DNA of 61,747 bases, counting the filler. It is 7 parts of 7 records of this genome, joined end to end, with 100 filler letters (N's around TTAATTAATTAA, not from the genome) between each part and the next. Parts side by side here need not be neighbours in the genome. Positions count along the whole stretch, not along the records: positions 1 to 15,199 come from SRR31147125_8147; 6 more parts are not named here. One strand, given 5' to 3'. This document shows positions 1-9,807 of the stretch, piece after piece; within the stretch, counting starts at the first letter, position 1, and every line of letters begins with the position of its first letter. The position numbers and the translations under genes were made by a program. Below the pieces are notes generated by a model that was not told the origin of the DNA, searched no databases, and saw only the letters and a list, made by a program, of their open reading frames with translations.

Positions 1-1201
1 TTTTTCCGGTCCTGCTACTATCTCAACATGAGTTTGTTTTGTAGTGGCATTCATCATTTGTGAAGCAATGTAGCGGCACCAAATTAAACTATATAGTTGA
101 TATTGATCGTCATTCAGAAATCGTTTTATTTTTTTGGCGTTCTCTTTACGGATGTCGGGCTAATAGCTGTGTTTCCATTTAATTGGTTTTTGGCAGATTC
201 GTAATGATGAGGTTTTATTGGGATATATTCTTTACCGTAATCCTCAAAAATAAGTTCTCGTGCGTTTGTTGTTGCCAGCTCCGGCATGCAACATGAATCG
301 GTATAAATGTGAGTAATAAGACCCACGAACACAGGCTTGCCCAGTGATATCCCTTCATAAAGTTGTTGCGCAATTTGCATGGTTTTTTTTATTGTATAGC
401 CGAAACGTTCTGATGCTGCTTGTGCCAGGGTGCTGGTTGTAAAGGGTGGGAGGGGATCGTTGCTAATTTTATTAAGGGAGAATTGGCTGACAGTAAATGG
501 ATACTCTTTTAGGTTAATAATGACAGCCTTGGCATAATTCAAATCCGGAATATTCGGTTTTCCCCCTTTTATCAACTGGAGATCGGCATTAAAGACGTTA
601 TTTTTTTTTGTTTTTAGTTTTGCCTGAATACCATAATGTTTTTGCGGGGTGAACAAGTCAATTTCATGTTCCCTGTCACACAATAAACCCAGGGCAATGA
701 CCTGTGGTAAACAATTATCCGGTTTTTTTAAAGGCGTTTTAAGAACGGATTTTAACCTGGAATAGGCGAGTTGATTAACAATGAGTCGTGCTCTGTGTGC
801 TTGAGCAAAATTTTTATTGATTTTATGTGGATTTTGGATGGCTTTTTTGATGATCTTTTTAGTAATTTGGTCAAACGAAATTCGTTTAATGCAGATTCCA
901 GAGTCGCCAAGTTCCTGAGCTAAATGGAGTGCATTATCTTCACCCACCGGCCCCAAGGGAGTTGCTATTAAAATTTGATCAACATCTTTTAACTTTTTCT
1001 TAGCGAATTCAGGAAATTTTTTGTTTTACTCGTTGTTTGAAATACGGTCTCATAACCGTTGTTCGTGTTCAGGTCGAGATTTTCTTGTGTCAATTCCTTG
1101 ATATTCCCGAGGATGGGGGACACAAGAAAATCTTTACCTAAAAAATCACGAAAGATCTGGCTTTGATTCTCGTTCTCAACTAAAATCAACGAATTATTCA
1201 T
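1..1201 (-). CDS. topA: Degenerate DNA topoisomerase IA (TopA) homolog, split by two frameshifts and running off the window edge; catalytic motifs absent
   Basis: ORFs 989-1201 and 126-956 plus the continuation KRFLNDDQYQLYSLIWCRYIASQM below nt 126 follow TopA in order (LILVE..., RISFDQITKK, PFTTSTLAQAAS, KTMQIAQQLYEG). Both breaks fall in poly-A runs. It lies directly downstream of smg, the usual smg-topA arrangement. Confidence 0.85.
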
Positions 1202-1236
1202 AAAATCCTTTGATAGGATAAAAAACTCGAAATGTC

Positions 1237-1704
1237 CTAATGACGGAGCCCTGTCGATGTAAATTGAAAGTAACCATTGGAAGCACTATTTTCAAAATCT
1301 AAAACGACGACTGCAATCAGGTCCTGCATATCTTCAATATCCATTTGTGGTACATGCAGGTTAACAGCACGGTCGATAATGGATTCCATATCATCGTCAC
1401 TCAAAAGATTGAGTTCTCTGAGATGGAAAAGATAGCTAAATGCTTCGGATGAAATGGTATTTCGTTCCATTTCATTTAAATGACGCCACAGGGGGCGGGG
1501 AATACCGGAGTTTTTGTTTCGATAAGATATATCCAGTTTATCGCCATGGTTCATTAACCAGCCCATGGCTGACTGTATTTCATCATCGCTAAAGCCTCGT
1601 TCCGACAGAATATTCATAAGAAATTCCAGATCAACATCATCGAAAAAGTTCTGTTGTATCTCTTTCATGACAAATGTCAATATCTCAAGAATGCGTTTAT
1701 TCAT
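1237..1704 (-). CDS. smg: Smg/DUF494 family protein
   Basis: 155-aa acidic protein with LSERGFSDDEIQSAMGWL and a RHLNEME motif typical of DUF494; upstream of topA. Confidence 0.75.
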   Translation of the reverse strand: MNKRILEILTFVMKEIQQNFFDDVDLEFLMNILSERGFSDDEIQSAMGWLMNHGDKLDISYRNKNSGIPRPLWRHLNEMERNTISSEAFSYLFHLRELNLLSDDDMESIIDRAVNLHVPQMDIEDMQDLIAVVVLDFENSASNGYFQFTSTGLRH

Positions 1705-1902
1705 TTATAATAATCCCATAATCTTTCACATGAGCAACCATATTATCAGCATGAATTATCGTCTGTGATAACATCCTATTTGTGCTGAAAGATATGCTTC
1801 TCCCTTCAATTTAGGAAAAAATAATTTAAAAGCAAGTATTTCAATTAGCAGCTTTGTTCTGTTTGTTAAATTGTTGCAAATATGGTACCTGAATTAATCA
1901 GA

Positions 1903-4900
1903 TCACATGTTTTTACCACAACATTGTTTGTATTTTTTACCGCTACCACAAGGGCAGGGATCGTTACGACCGACCCGCGTGGTATTCACGACGGTTCGTT
2001 GTCTTCCTGATTGTTCTGCTATCCGATTTTGTTTTTGATTTTGTGCGCTTGTACTCTGTGCTTGTTTGTATATCTCTACCTGAGAATGCGAGGTTCTGAA
2101 ATTTTTCGGTTCTACGCGACGGATTTGTTTTTCTTCTATTTCACCACCAATATCGAATATTTTAAATAACGTACTTACCACATCCCGGTTGACACGATCA
2201 ATCATTTTAACGAACATTTTATAGCCTTCGGATTTGTACTCCAGGAGTGGATCTTTCTGACCATATCCCCTTAATCCAATTCCTTCCCGAAGTTCATCCA
2301 TGGCATTGAGATGTTGCCGCCAATTTTCATCAATTTTATCAAGAATATAATATCGCTCATATCTGATTGCCAGGTTATCGCCGATTTCACTAACACGCTT
2401 GCGGTATAAATCTTGTGCCCAGGTGCTTAATTTATCCATGACTAAATTTGGATCCATGCGTTCATCGCTATCATCCTGGAGACGTGGAGATTGTCTAAAC
2501 AGTAACCGGCTCTCTGCCTGAATGCGTGGTATCGCCGAGTCGTCCAGGTCTGTCTCATTACCCAGAACATTGCTTATCACAGAATAGATAGCGTCATCTA
2601 TTGACATCAAAACAGAATCGCGGACAATTTCGCTGCTTAATTTTTCCTGACTGAGTCTTTCCTCTTTATATGCATGGTCTTCATATAAAGCCGAATCCCA
2701 TGCGATCAACTCTTCTGTGAAAGATGCCAGAGTATTTACGTCGTTATTTTCCGGTATTGATTTTTGTGGTTTTTGCAAAAACATGCAATATAGCCTCTGT
2801 GAGAGCTGCTGTTGGGTTGTTGCGGATATTTGATTTGAAATCAACATTTCCCTGCATACAGCCATTATAGAGGCTTCAATAAATTCTTCGATAGAAGCAT
2901 GTGATAACATGAATGCATCATAAGCGGTCATGTTTTTTTGCAGCGTTTTTGTAAATGCGTTATGAACAGAATTTACGATTTGTGATGCTGTTTGGTCTTC
3001 GTCAGAGTTTGAAACGATGTTGAGATCTTTAAACACTCTTTCCAGGAATGCGTGCTGATCTGCGTTAAACTGATATTTGTCTTTACCATTTCCTTCCGGA
3101 TTTGAAGTAATGAGATACTCTAAAATAGAATTGACGAAATTTTGTAGAGAAAAATAACCCAGAATTCGATGTCTGATGGGCGCGTGATCATTCTCATTAA
3201 TCGATAATGAAACGATCCATTCCTGAAGCAATTCACGGATTTTGTCACGACGAATGGTTTTAATTTCGTTATGTCCGATATTGGGTTTGGCCAGGAATAC
3301 TCGCTCCAATGCATCAAAAAACTCATCCGTGTTCCATGAAACAGAGGGGACAGAGCTATTCAGATGCAGCGTCATCAGACCAGCCAGAAAGATGTTAATC
3401 ATTTCATGGATTGTTAATTCGGCAAAGGTCGATTCATTGATACCTGTAAGGTTTTCTTGTACCATACTGGTGTATTTTTCTTTAACCCAATCAACTAATT
3501 GATTCTCAAATTGATCTGCAGTTAAATCTGCAGTTGGATTTTGAATGAAATCCGGATAACTCTTGAATATTCGTTCAATTTCATATTGGATGCCTTCAAA
3601 ATTCCAGACTGATATATCTCTTGTACCGGCATCATGCAATCTGATCTTTATTTTTACAAGCTCAGCAAGAAGCTTGTCCATGGAACAATAGCCCATGATT
3701 CGATGTCTTAATTGCGTTTCTTTTAAATGGCTATCTTCCTGCAACCGGGTGTCTATCCATGTTCCGATGGTTTCTTTTATGGATGCCTGATTTTGAGACT
3801 CCAGATCCGCCTCTGTAAATTCAGGCTCGCGATTGAAAAATCGTTGTAGATCCTGAATCAGGTCTTTAAGGTTCCATTCATCCTGATTGTTTTCTTCGCT
3901 AAAATAGATTTTGGTTTTCGATTCGACAAAGTCACTTGTCTGGGCAAAGCCCATTAAATTTTGTCTTCGTTTGTATATGATTTTTCGTTGTTCATTTAAT
4001 ACATCGTCATATTGAAGCAGGTTTTTTCGAATATCAAAATTGCGTTCTTCTACTTTCTTCTGAGCTCGCTCAATTGATCTTGTGATAAGTGGATGTTCGA
4101 TTCGTTCACCTTCTTCAGAAGGACCCAGTTTTGTCATAATGTTCGCTATTCGATCAGAGCCAAACAGACGCATCAGATCATCTTCCAGGGACAGATAAAA
4201 ACGAGATGATCCGGAATCACCCTGACGGCCGGATCGTCCTCTTAATTGACGATCGATTCGTCGAGCTTCATGTTTTTCAGAGCCTACAATATGAAGGCCG
4301 CCTTTTTCAATCACTTGAGGAGATAGTTTGATATCCGTCCCTCGACCAGCCATGTTGGTTGCAATTGTTATAGCACCCGGCACACCTGCTTTTGCCACAA
4401 TTTCCGCTTCATTTTGGTGATATTTCGCGTTCAGGACAGTGTGGAATCGACCGGATTCCAGTTCCCGGCTCACATCTCCTTTTTTCAGCCAGTTGGCTAT
4501 TGGAACGCCTCTTTGGGTAAACATCTGGCTTAATTTTTGTGAAACGTCAACAGAGACTGTACCTATCAGGACAGGACGACCATTATTGTGCATTTCAATG
4601 GCTTCATCGATGACGGCATTGTATTTTTCAAGTTTTGTTCTATAAATGACATCGTTCTGGTCATCTCGGACGACAGGTCTATTCGTCGGGATGACGATCA
4701 CTTCAAGTTTATAAGTACTAAAAAATTCCTGAGCCTCTGTTTCTGCCGTACCGGTCATGCCAGCCAGCTTTTCATAGATTCGGAAAAAATTCTGAATTGT
4801 GACGGTTGCCAGCGTTTGACTTTCAGACTGAACTTCGACACCCTCTTTTGCTTCCAGAGCTTCGTGCAAACCATCACTAAATCGTCTTCCCGGCATTAAA

Positions 4901-7900
4901 CGTCCGGTAAATTGATCGACAATCATGACTGCTTTTCGACCTTTTGTACCTGAGCCTTTGCCTCTGGTTTCTACTTCATCAACAGATTTAACAACGTATT
5001 CAACATCTTTATGATAGAGTGTATAGGCGCGTAAGAGTTGTGAAATGTTTTGAATACGTTCTTCTATATCATTGTATTCCCGCCATAAACGATCTCGTTG
5101 ATTTTCCAGCAGTTTTCGTGGTTTTCGATCAAAATAGAGCCGGCACCAATGTTCAATTTCTTCCGGAGTCAATACAGTATTGGGCGCATGAGCTTTTGAA
5201 ATCAGTTCATTTAATTCACCGTCGTCCAGAATGATTTTCTTTGCTCGCAGATGAGCTTTATCCTTTGATATAATACTATCCAGCTCAGCCCGGGTGTTTA
5301 CCTTTTTACTGCTCAGCCGCAGAATTTCTTCCCGAAATTGACGCAGTTCTTCAGAAAAACTGAAAAAGGGCAAACCATCAAGTAATTGTGTATTTACGGC
5401 TTTTCGTAATTTTGTTGGATAATTTTTTTCACTTAATTCAAAGATAGCATCCAGTTCGATATCCGAATTATCTAACAGGGCCAGCAAGCGCTCTGCGATC
5501 TGTTTGCGATCATCGGCATCATTTAACAGGGTGTGTACACCATTGTCGGACAATCCATTAAATCGTATTTGATCGATATTTTCAGTATCGACTGAGAAAT
5601 CCGCATCGAGTTCAAAATATCTTTTCAGTAATCGTTGTTTTTCAGAAGAGGACAAATCAGATCGATAAAGATTAGAAAACAGGATATTCATAATCCTGGC
5701 GATTCGTTCCACTTCTTCAAAGCGCCGGGAAATGCTTTTGGTGTCTTTGATATCTGTCTGGTCTACAGAAGAATTAAGGAAAGCATCCAGGCTGAATCGG
5801 AGGCTGATAGAATTTTCATTCTGGTCAGCCGTATGGGTTTCCCGCCACTCTTTTATTTTATTCTCGATTTCTGTATACGAATGACCAAGTAAACGATCTT
5901 TTTCCTGAGGAGCCAGACCAACTATTTTTCCTTCTTTAAAACTAAAAAGGTCTTTAAGGTTTTGCCTGGATGTTTGCAGGTTTTTATCAAAAGTGGACAC
6001 TACTGAGCGAGTTTGATCTGCGAAATCGGAAATAAACGCATTAAATGTATCCGTAACTTTCAAATTATAAACAGATGTCTGGTCACCCTGGGTTTGGGTG
6101 TCTACCTGGTAAAATAAAGCAATATTGTTCTCTGTTTTACCTTCAGGGCTATTTGTTATAAATTCTCCAATTTCCTGCAGATCCTGAGCCAGACGCTCCA
6201 CAGAGGTGGCCCGGGCAGCATAGTCAAATGAGACCTGATTTAACGTCTGATCCATAATTTTTTGAATTTCACTATCCCTGAGCTCAACAATGCTTCTATC
6301 AGGCAAGACATAAATATCCGGATTGCCACCTAAAATAGCAATTCTACCTTTTTCTGTAATATTTCGAACTATAGTACCATTATGTGAAAAATCAAAATAT
6401 TCTCGTTTTCGTTCATTTAGTGCATTCGTATCGCCCCCATTTTGTCCCCCATTTTTTGCAGAGCTGATATCTTTGTTTTTTAACAAAGCATTCAGTTTGG
6501 CAATAAAGGGAACCAGCATCGGATTACCATTATTTTTAAGAGCGATAAGGGCTGCTTTACCATCTTCTGTCAGGCCGATTGGGCAACCAAACTGTTTTTC
6601 AGTTACAAAAAAGGTCTCTTGCAGTAGACGTCTTTTATCCTGAATGGAACGACTTGCCGGGCCTTCATCCACATCAGCTTCTTGCTTTATCTTTTCAAAT
6701 AAAGGCGGTAAAAAATCGACAAGTGCTTTAAAAGAGCTGTTTTGTTCGGCGCTTTGAATGAATTCAAGGGTAGCAGTGGTGAGTCCATTTATTATTCGGT
6801 CACCTTTTTTAGCAAAATTAAAATATTGTCTCCATGCAGATGCTTTGTCTGTTTTTTTATTTTGAATGAGATCGGATATGTGATCATGTAATTTATTTAG
6901 GATTTTATCCAGAGTGTCCAGGAATCGCGTGTCTTCATCCGTTATTTTTGCATTTGTACTACAGAGGGCAATTTTCCCTTCCAGAGTGAGGCCATCACAA
7001 TAACCGGTAATAGAGTCGGTAGTAAAATAACGACTAGCATTTTTTTGCTCGCTCAGGTTTGCTAATAAATCATCAATTTTATCTAATTGCACGATCTGTT
7101 GAGCCACATCCTGATCACGGCCACCGGACAGAAAGATTCTGCCTTTTTCTGTAATGTCAAGAACGTGGGTTTTTTCGTCAATTATATAATAGAGTTCAGC
7201 ATCTACCTCGGACATGGTTTTATTTATTTCATATTGTCCCTGCAGGCGTTCGATAAGTTTTTTGACCCAAAATTCAGAAGTTAGAATTTCCAGGAGAGCG
7301 GGATTTTTGGGATTTCCTCGTTGAGCCCGTAACAGCATTAATGCGGCTGTTTCTTCATCTTTTTCTAATAGTTCCTTGCCATCTTTGACGAGTTTGTCAA
7401 CAAGCTCTTTTTGGCGTTTATAAAGATTGGCGACGACAGGTTTCAATTCATAGTAAACATTACGTGGTGCACCAACAGCTCCGGAAATAATAAGAGGTGT
7501 TCGAGCTTCGTCAATTAAAACACTATCAACTTCATCAACAATCGCATAATGTAGACCTCGTTGCACCACAGACCAGATATCTACAGCCATGTTGTCGCGG
7601 AGATAATCAAAACCAAATTCATTGTTCGTACCATAGGTAATATCCGCGTTATAAGCTTGTCTTTTCTCGTTCGGATCCATATCATTGTGCAACGCTGCTG
7701 TGCGGAGGCCGAGGAAATCATAAATTGCACCCATCCACTCACGGTCACGCTGTGCAAGATAATCGTTGACTGTGATTAAATGAGCCCCTTTACCTTCAAG
7801 GGCATTTAGATACAATGGAAAGGTAGCGACAAGCGTTTTACCTTCACCTGTAGCCATTTCAGCGATTTTTCCTTCATGTAGAACAATTCCACCCAGAATT

Positions 7901-8211
7901 TGCACGTCATAAGGAATCATATTCCATTCAATTTCCTGACCGCGTACGAGCCATTTTTTACCCACAAGGCGACGACAGGTATCTTTGACAGCGGCAAAGG
8001 CTTCCGGCAGGATATCATCCAGGGTCTCACCCATGCGGAGACGATATTTAAATTCCAGAGTTTTCGCTTTTAATTCATCATCTGTAAGTTTTTTATAGCC
8101 TTCAGCGATTTCATTTATTTCATTAACGCGCGGTTGTAATCTTTTGGCTTCACGTTCATTTTTCGTGCCGCCCATTACTTTCGCAAACGCTTTTTCGATC
8201 TTGGTAAACAT
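1903..8211 (-). CDS. secA: Preprotein translocase ATPase SecA, giant 2102-aa form with two large repeat expansions
   Basis: Walker [93 protein letters not shown] and C-terminal SEC-C motif [18 protein letters not shown] are all intact in one uninterrupted frame. Confidence 0.97.
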   Translation of the reverse strand: MFTKIEKAFAKVMGGTKNEREAKRLQPRVNEINEIAEGYKKLTDDELKAKTLEFKYRLRMGETLDDILPEAFAAVKDTCRRLVGKKWLVRGQEIEWNMIPYDVQILGGIVLHEGKIAEMATGEGKTLVATFPLYLNALEGKGAHLITVNDYLAQRDREWMGAIYDFLGLRTAALHNDMDPNEKRQAYNADITYGTNNEFGFDYLRDNMAVDIWSVVQRGLHYAIVDEVDSVLIDEARTPLIISGAVGAPRNVYYELKPVVANLYKRQKELVDKLVKDGKELLEKDEETAALMLLRAQRGNPKNPALLEILTSEFWVKKLIERLQGQYEINKTMSEVDAELYYIIDEKTHVLDITEKGRIFLSGGRDQDVAQQIVQLDKIDDLLANLSEQKNASRYFTTDSITGYCDGLTLEGKIALCSTNAKITDEDTRFLDTLDKILNKLHDHISDLIQNKKTDKASAWRQYFNFAKKGDRIINGLTTATLEFIQSAEQNSSFKALVDFLPPLFEKIKQEADVDEGPASRSIQDKRRLLQETFFVTEKQFGCPIGLTEDGKAALIALKNNGNPMLVPFIAKLNALLKNKDISSAKNGGQNGGDTNALNERKREYFDFSHNGTIVRNITEKGRIAILGGNPDIYVLPDRSIVELRDSEIQKIMDQTLNQVSFDYAARATSVERLAQDLQEIGEFITNSPEGKTENNIALFYQVDTQTQGDQTSVYNLKVTDTFNAFISDFADQTRSVVSTFDKNLQTSRQNLKDLFSFKEGKIVGLAPQEKDRLLGHSYTEIENKIKEWRETHTADQNENSISLRFSLDAFLNSSVDQTDIKDTKSISRRFEEVERIARIMNILFSNLYRSDLSSSEKQRLLKRYFELDADFSVDTENIDQIRFNGLSDNGVHTLLNDADDRKQIAERLLALLDNSDIELDAIFELSEKNYPTKLRKAVNTQLLDGLPFFSFSEELRQFREEILRLSSKKVNTRAELDSIISKDKAHLRAKKIILDDGELNELISKAHAPNTVLTPEEIEHWCRLYFDRKPRKLLENQRDRLWREYNDIEERIQNISQLLRAYTLYHKDVEYVVKSVDEVETRGKGSGTKGRKAVMIVDQFTGRLMPGRRFSDGLHEALEAKEGVEVQSESQTLATVTIQNFFRIYEKLAGMTGTAETEAQEFFSTYKLEVIVIPTNRPVVRDDQNDVIYRTKLEKYNAVIDEAIEMHNNGRPVLIGTVSVDVSQKLSQMFTQRGVPIANWLKKGDVSRELESGRFHTVLNAKYHQNEAEIVAKAGVPGAITIATNMAGRGTDIKLSPQVIEKGGLHIVGSEKHEARRIDRQLRGRSGRQGDSGSSRFYLSLEDDLMRLFGSDRIANIMTKLGPSEEGERIEHPLITRSIERAQKKVEERNFDIRKNLLQYDDVLNEQRKIIYKRRQNLMGFAQTSDFVESKTKIYFSEENNQDEWNLKDLIQDLQRFFNREPEFTEADLESQNQASIKETIGTWIDTRLQEDSHLKETQLRHRIMGYCSMDKLLAELVKIKIRLHDAGTRDISVWNFEGIQYEIERIFKSYPDFIQNPTADLTADQFENQLVDWVKEKYTSMVQENLTGINESTFAELTIHEMINIFLAGLMTLHLNSSVPSVSWNTDEFFDALERVFLAKPNIGHNEIKTIRRDKIRELLQEWIVSLSINENDHAPIRHRILGYFSLQNFVNSILEYLITSNPEGNGKDKYQFNADQHAFLERVFKDLNIVSNSDEDQTASQIVNSVHNAFTKTLQKNMTAYDAFMLSHASIEEFIEASIMAVCREMLISNQISATTQQQLSQRLYCMFLQKPQKSIPENNDVNTLASFTEELIAWDSALYEDHAYKEERLSQEKLSSEIVRDSVLMSIDDAIYSVISNVLGNETDLDDSAIPRIQAESRLLFRQSPRLQDDSDERMDPNLVMDKLSTWAQDLYRKRVSEIGDNLAIRYERYYILDKIDENWRQHLNAMDELREGIGLRGYGQKDPLLEYKSEGYKMFVKMIDRVNRDVVSTLFKIFDIGGEIEEKQIRRVEPKNFRTSHSQVEIYKQAQSTSAQNQKQNRIAEQSGRQRTVVNTTRVGRNDPCPCGSGKKYKQCCGKNM

Positions 8212-8263
8212 GGAACAGAGCCTCTCTTAGAAAATTAAAAAACTACTCTATTAGAAAAACCAT

Positions 8264-8283
8264 CGCCGCTCGAAAGAGCGGCG
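8264..8283 (-). terminator. GC-rich hairpin between nusB and secA (possible terminator or 5'-UTR structure of secA)
   Basis: Perfect 8-bp stem CGCCGCTC/GAGCGGCG with 4-nt loop; on the minus strand it is followed by ATGGTTTTT. Confidence 0.45.
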
Positions 8284-8333
8284 TTAATATAGGTAAATTT
8301 AAAAAAATATTAATCTCTTTCAATAATATTCAA

Positions 8334-8858
8334 CTAATCTTTACGACCCGATGTTTCTTTGAGTCCACGCCCGGATTTCACGAGTTGGTTTGTTTTTTTT
8401 AGTTCCAACAAAATAGCGTCCAGAATGCCATTTACGAACCGTCCGCTTTTTTCCGTGCTGTACACCTTGGATAATTCGATGGCCTCATCAATAGAGACCT
8501 TTGGAGGAATATCAAAAAAATATAAAAATTCGCAGATAGCCATTCTCATAATAAGTTTATCAATAATAGCAATTCGATTAAAGTCCCAATTTGCTGCTCG
8601 TTTTATGATATAGCTATCTAAATCCTGGCGATTTGCGTATGTTTTCTCTATCATTTTGTCTGCGAAATCCATCGCTTCAGCGTCTGCATCCGGATTGTCA
8701 CGAATTTGTCCGAGGACCATTTGCAGGGAATTCCCTGATAGTTCAAGGGCATAGAGGCCTTGTAATGTAATTTCACGAGCATGGCGCCTTGTGCCCGCAG
8801 AAGATGAGGATTTATACTCTTCATCTTCAAATCGTGTTGAATTATTTGATGTAATCAT
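8334..8858 (-). CDS. nusB: Transcription antitermination factor NusB
   Basis: RRHAREITLQGLY, NWDFNRIAIIDKLIMR, PPKVSIDEAIELSK, FVNGILD. Start uncertain; ATG at 8858 chosen over the ORF-track start at 8885. Confidence 0.93.
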   Translation of the reverse strand: MITSNNSTRFEDEEYKSSSSAGTRRHAREITLQGLYALELSGNSLQMVLGQIRDNPDADAEAMDFADKMIEKTYANRQDLDSYIIKRAANWDFNRIAIIDKLIMRMAICEFLYFFDIPPKVSIDEAIELSKVYSTEKSGRFVNGILDAILLELKKTNQLVKSGRGLKETSGRKD

Positions 8859-9768
8859 GCCACCCGTAAGTATCTTCACATTCACCGTTTACATAGTCAA
8901 AATAACGTTTTTGAATTTTTTCTGTTAATGGACCTCGGCGGCCTTTACCAATTTGAATTCGATCCACAGAACGAATTGGTGTAATTTCAGCAGCCGTACC
9001 AGAGAAGAAAATCTCATCTGCAATGTATAACATCTCTCTGGGGATGTTTCTTTCCACTACTTTGATATTTAATTCTTCAGCGATCTTTAAGACGGAATCG
9101 CGAGTGATGCCAGGCAAAATACTTGAGGCAAAGGCTGGCGTATAAATGACACCGTCTCTAATGACGAATATATTTTCACCACTTCCTTCACTGACCTGAC
9201 CATTGACGTCCAGGCCGATACCCTCTGTAAAACCATTTTGCATGGCTTCCATTTTAATTAATTGAGAATTCATATAATTGGAGCCAGCTTTGGCCAGGCT
9301 TGGCATTGTATTGGGAGCCATTCTATTCCAGGACGACACGCCTACATCAACACCAATCTCAATACCTTCTTCTCCCAAATAGGCTCCCCAGTTCAGCGCT
9401 CCAATAACAACGTCAACAGGACATTTGCTGGGATCCACTCCAAGGCTATGATAGCCACGATAAATGATAGGACGAACATAAGCGGATTCAAAACCATTTA
9501 TTTTTATGGTTTCATTACAAGCGCTTATAACTTCATCCAGGCTGAATTCAATCGGCATTCTATAAATTTTAGCCGAATCAAACAACCTGCGGATATGATC
9601 CGCAAGTCTGAATATGCTTGGCCCATGCGGCGTTTTATAACATCTCATTCCTTCAAACACACTTGTGCCATAGTGGATAACATGAGACATAACATGAATT
9701 TTCGCATCCGGCCAATCTACAAATTGACCATTAACCCAAATTTTTCCTTTTTCATCTCTTGGATCCAT
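8842..9768 (-). CDS. ilvE: Branched-chain amino acid aminotransferase
   Basis: HYGTSVFEGMRCY, KAGSNY, EGSGENIF, ILPGITR, GTAAEITPI (PLP fold type IV). Confidence 0.95.
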   Translation of the reverse strand: MDPRDEKGKIWVNGQFVDWPDAKIHVMSHVIHYGTSVFEGMRCYKTPHGPSIFRLADHIRRLFDSAKIYRMPIEFSLDEVISACNETIKINGFESAYVRPIIYRGYHSLGVDPSKCPVDVVIGALNWGAYLGEEGIEIGVDVGVSSWNRMAPNTMPSLAKAGSNYMNSQLIKMEAMQNGFTEGIGLDVNGQVSEGSGENIFVIRDGVIYTPAFASSILPGITRDSVLKIAEELNIKVVERNIPREMLYIADEIFFSGTAAEITPIRSVDRIQIGKGRRGPLTEKIQKRYFDYVNGECEDTYGWHDYIK

Positions 9769-9807
9769 TAAAGTCTCCCAAACATTTTTTATTTTAAATT
9801 TCTGTTG

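Noticed and set aside
2360-7119. SecA insertions as inteins
   Set aside because: No Cys/Ser start paired with a His-Asn end before C/S/T at the insert borders and no LAGLIDADG blocks; the inserts resemble SecA's own subdomains.
1903-8211. Giant SecA as an assembly-duplication artefact
   Set aside because: The repeat units are highly diverged in protein and show no obvious near-identical DNA copies, and the frame is continuous.
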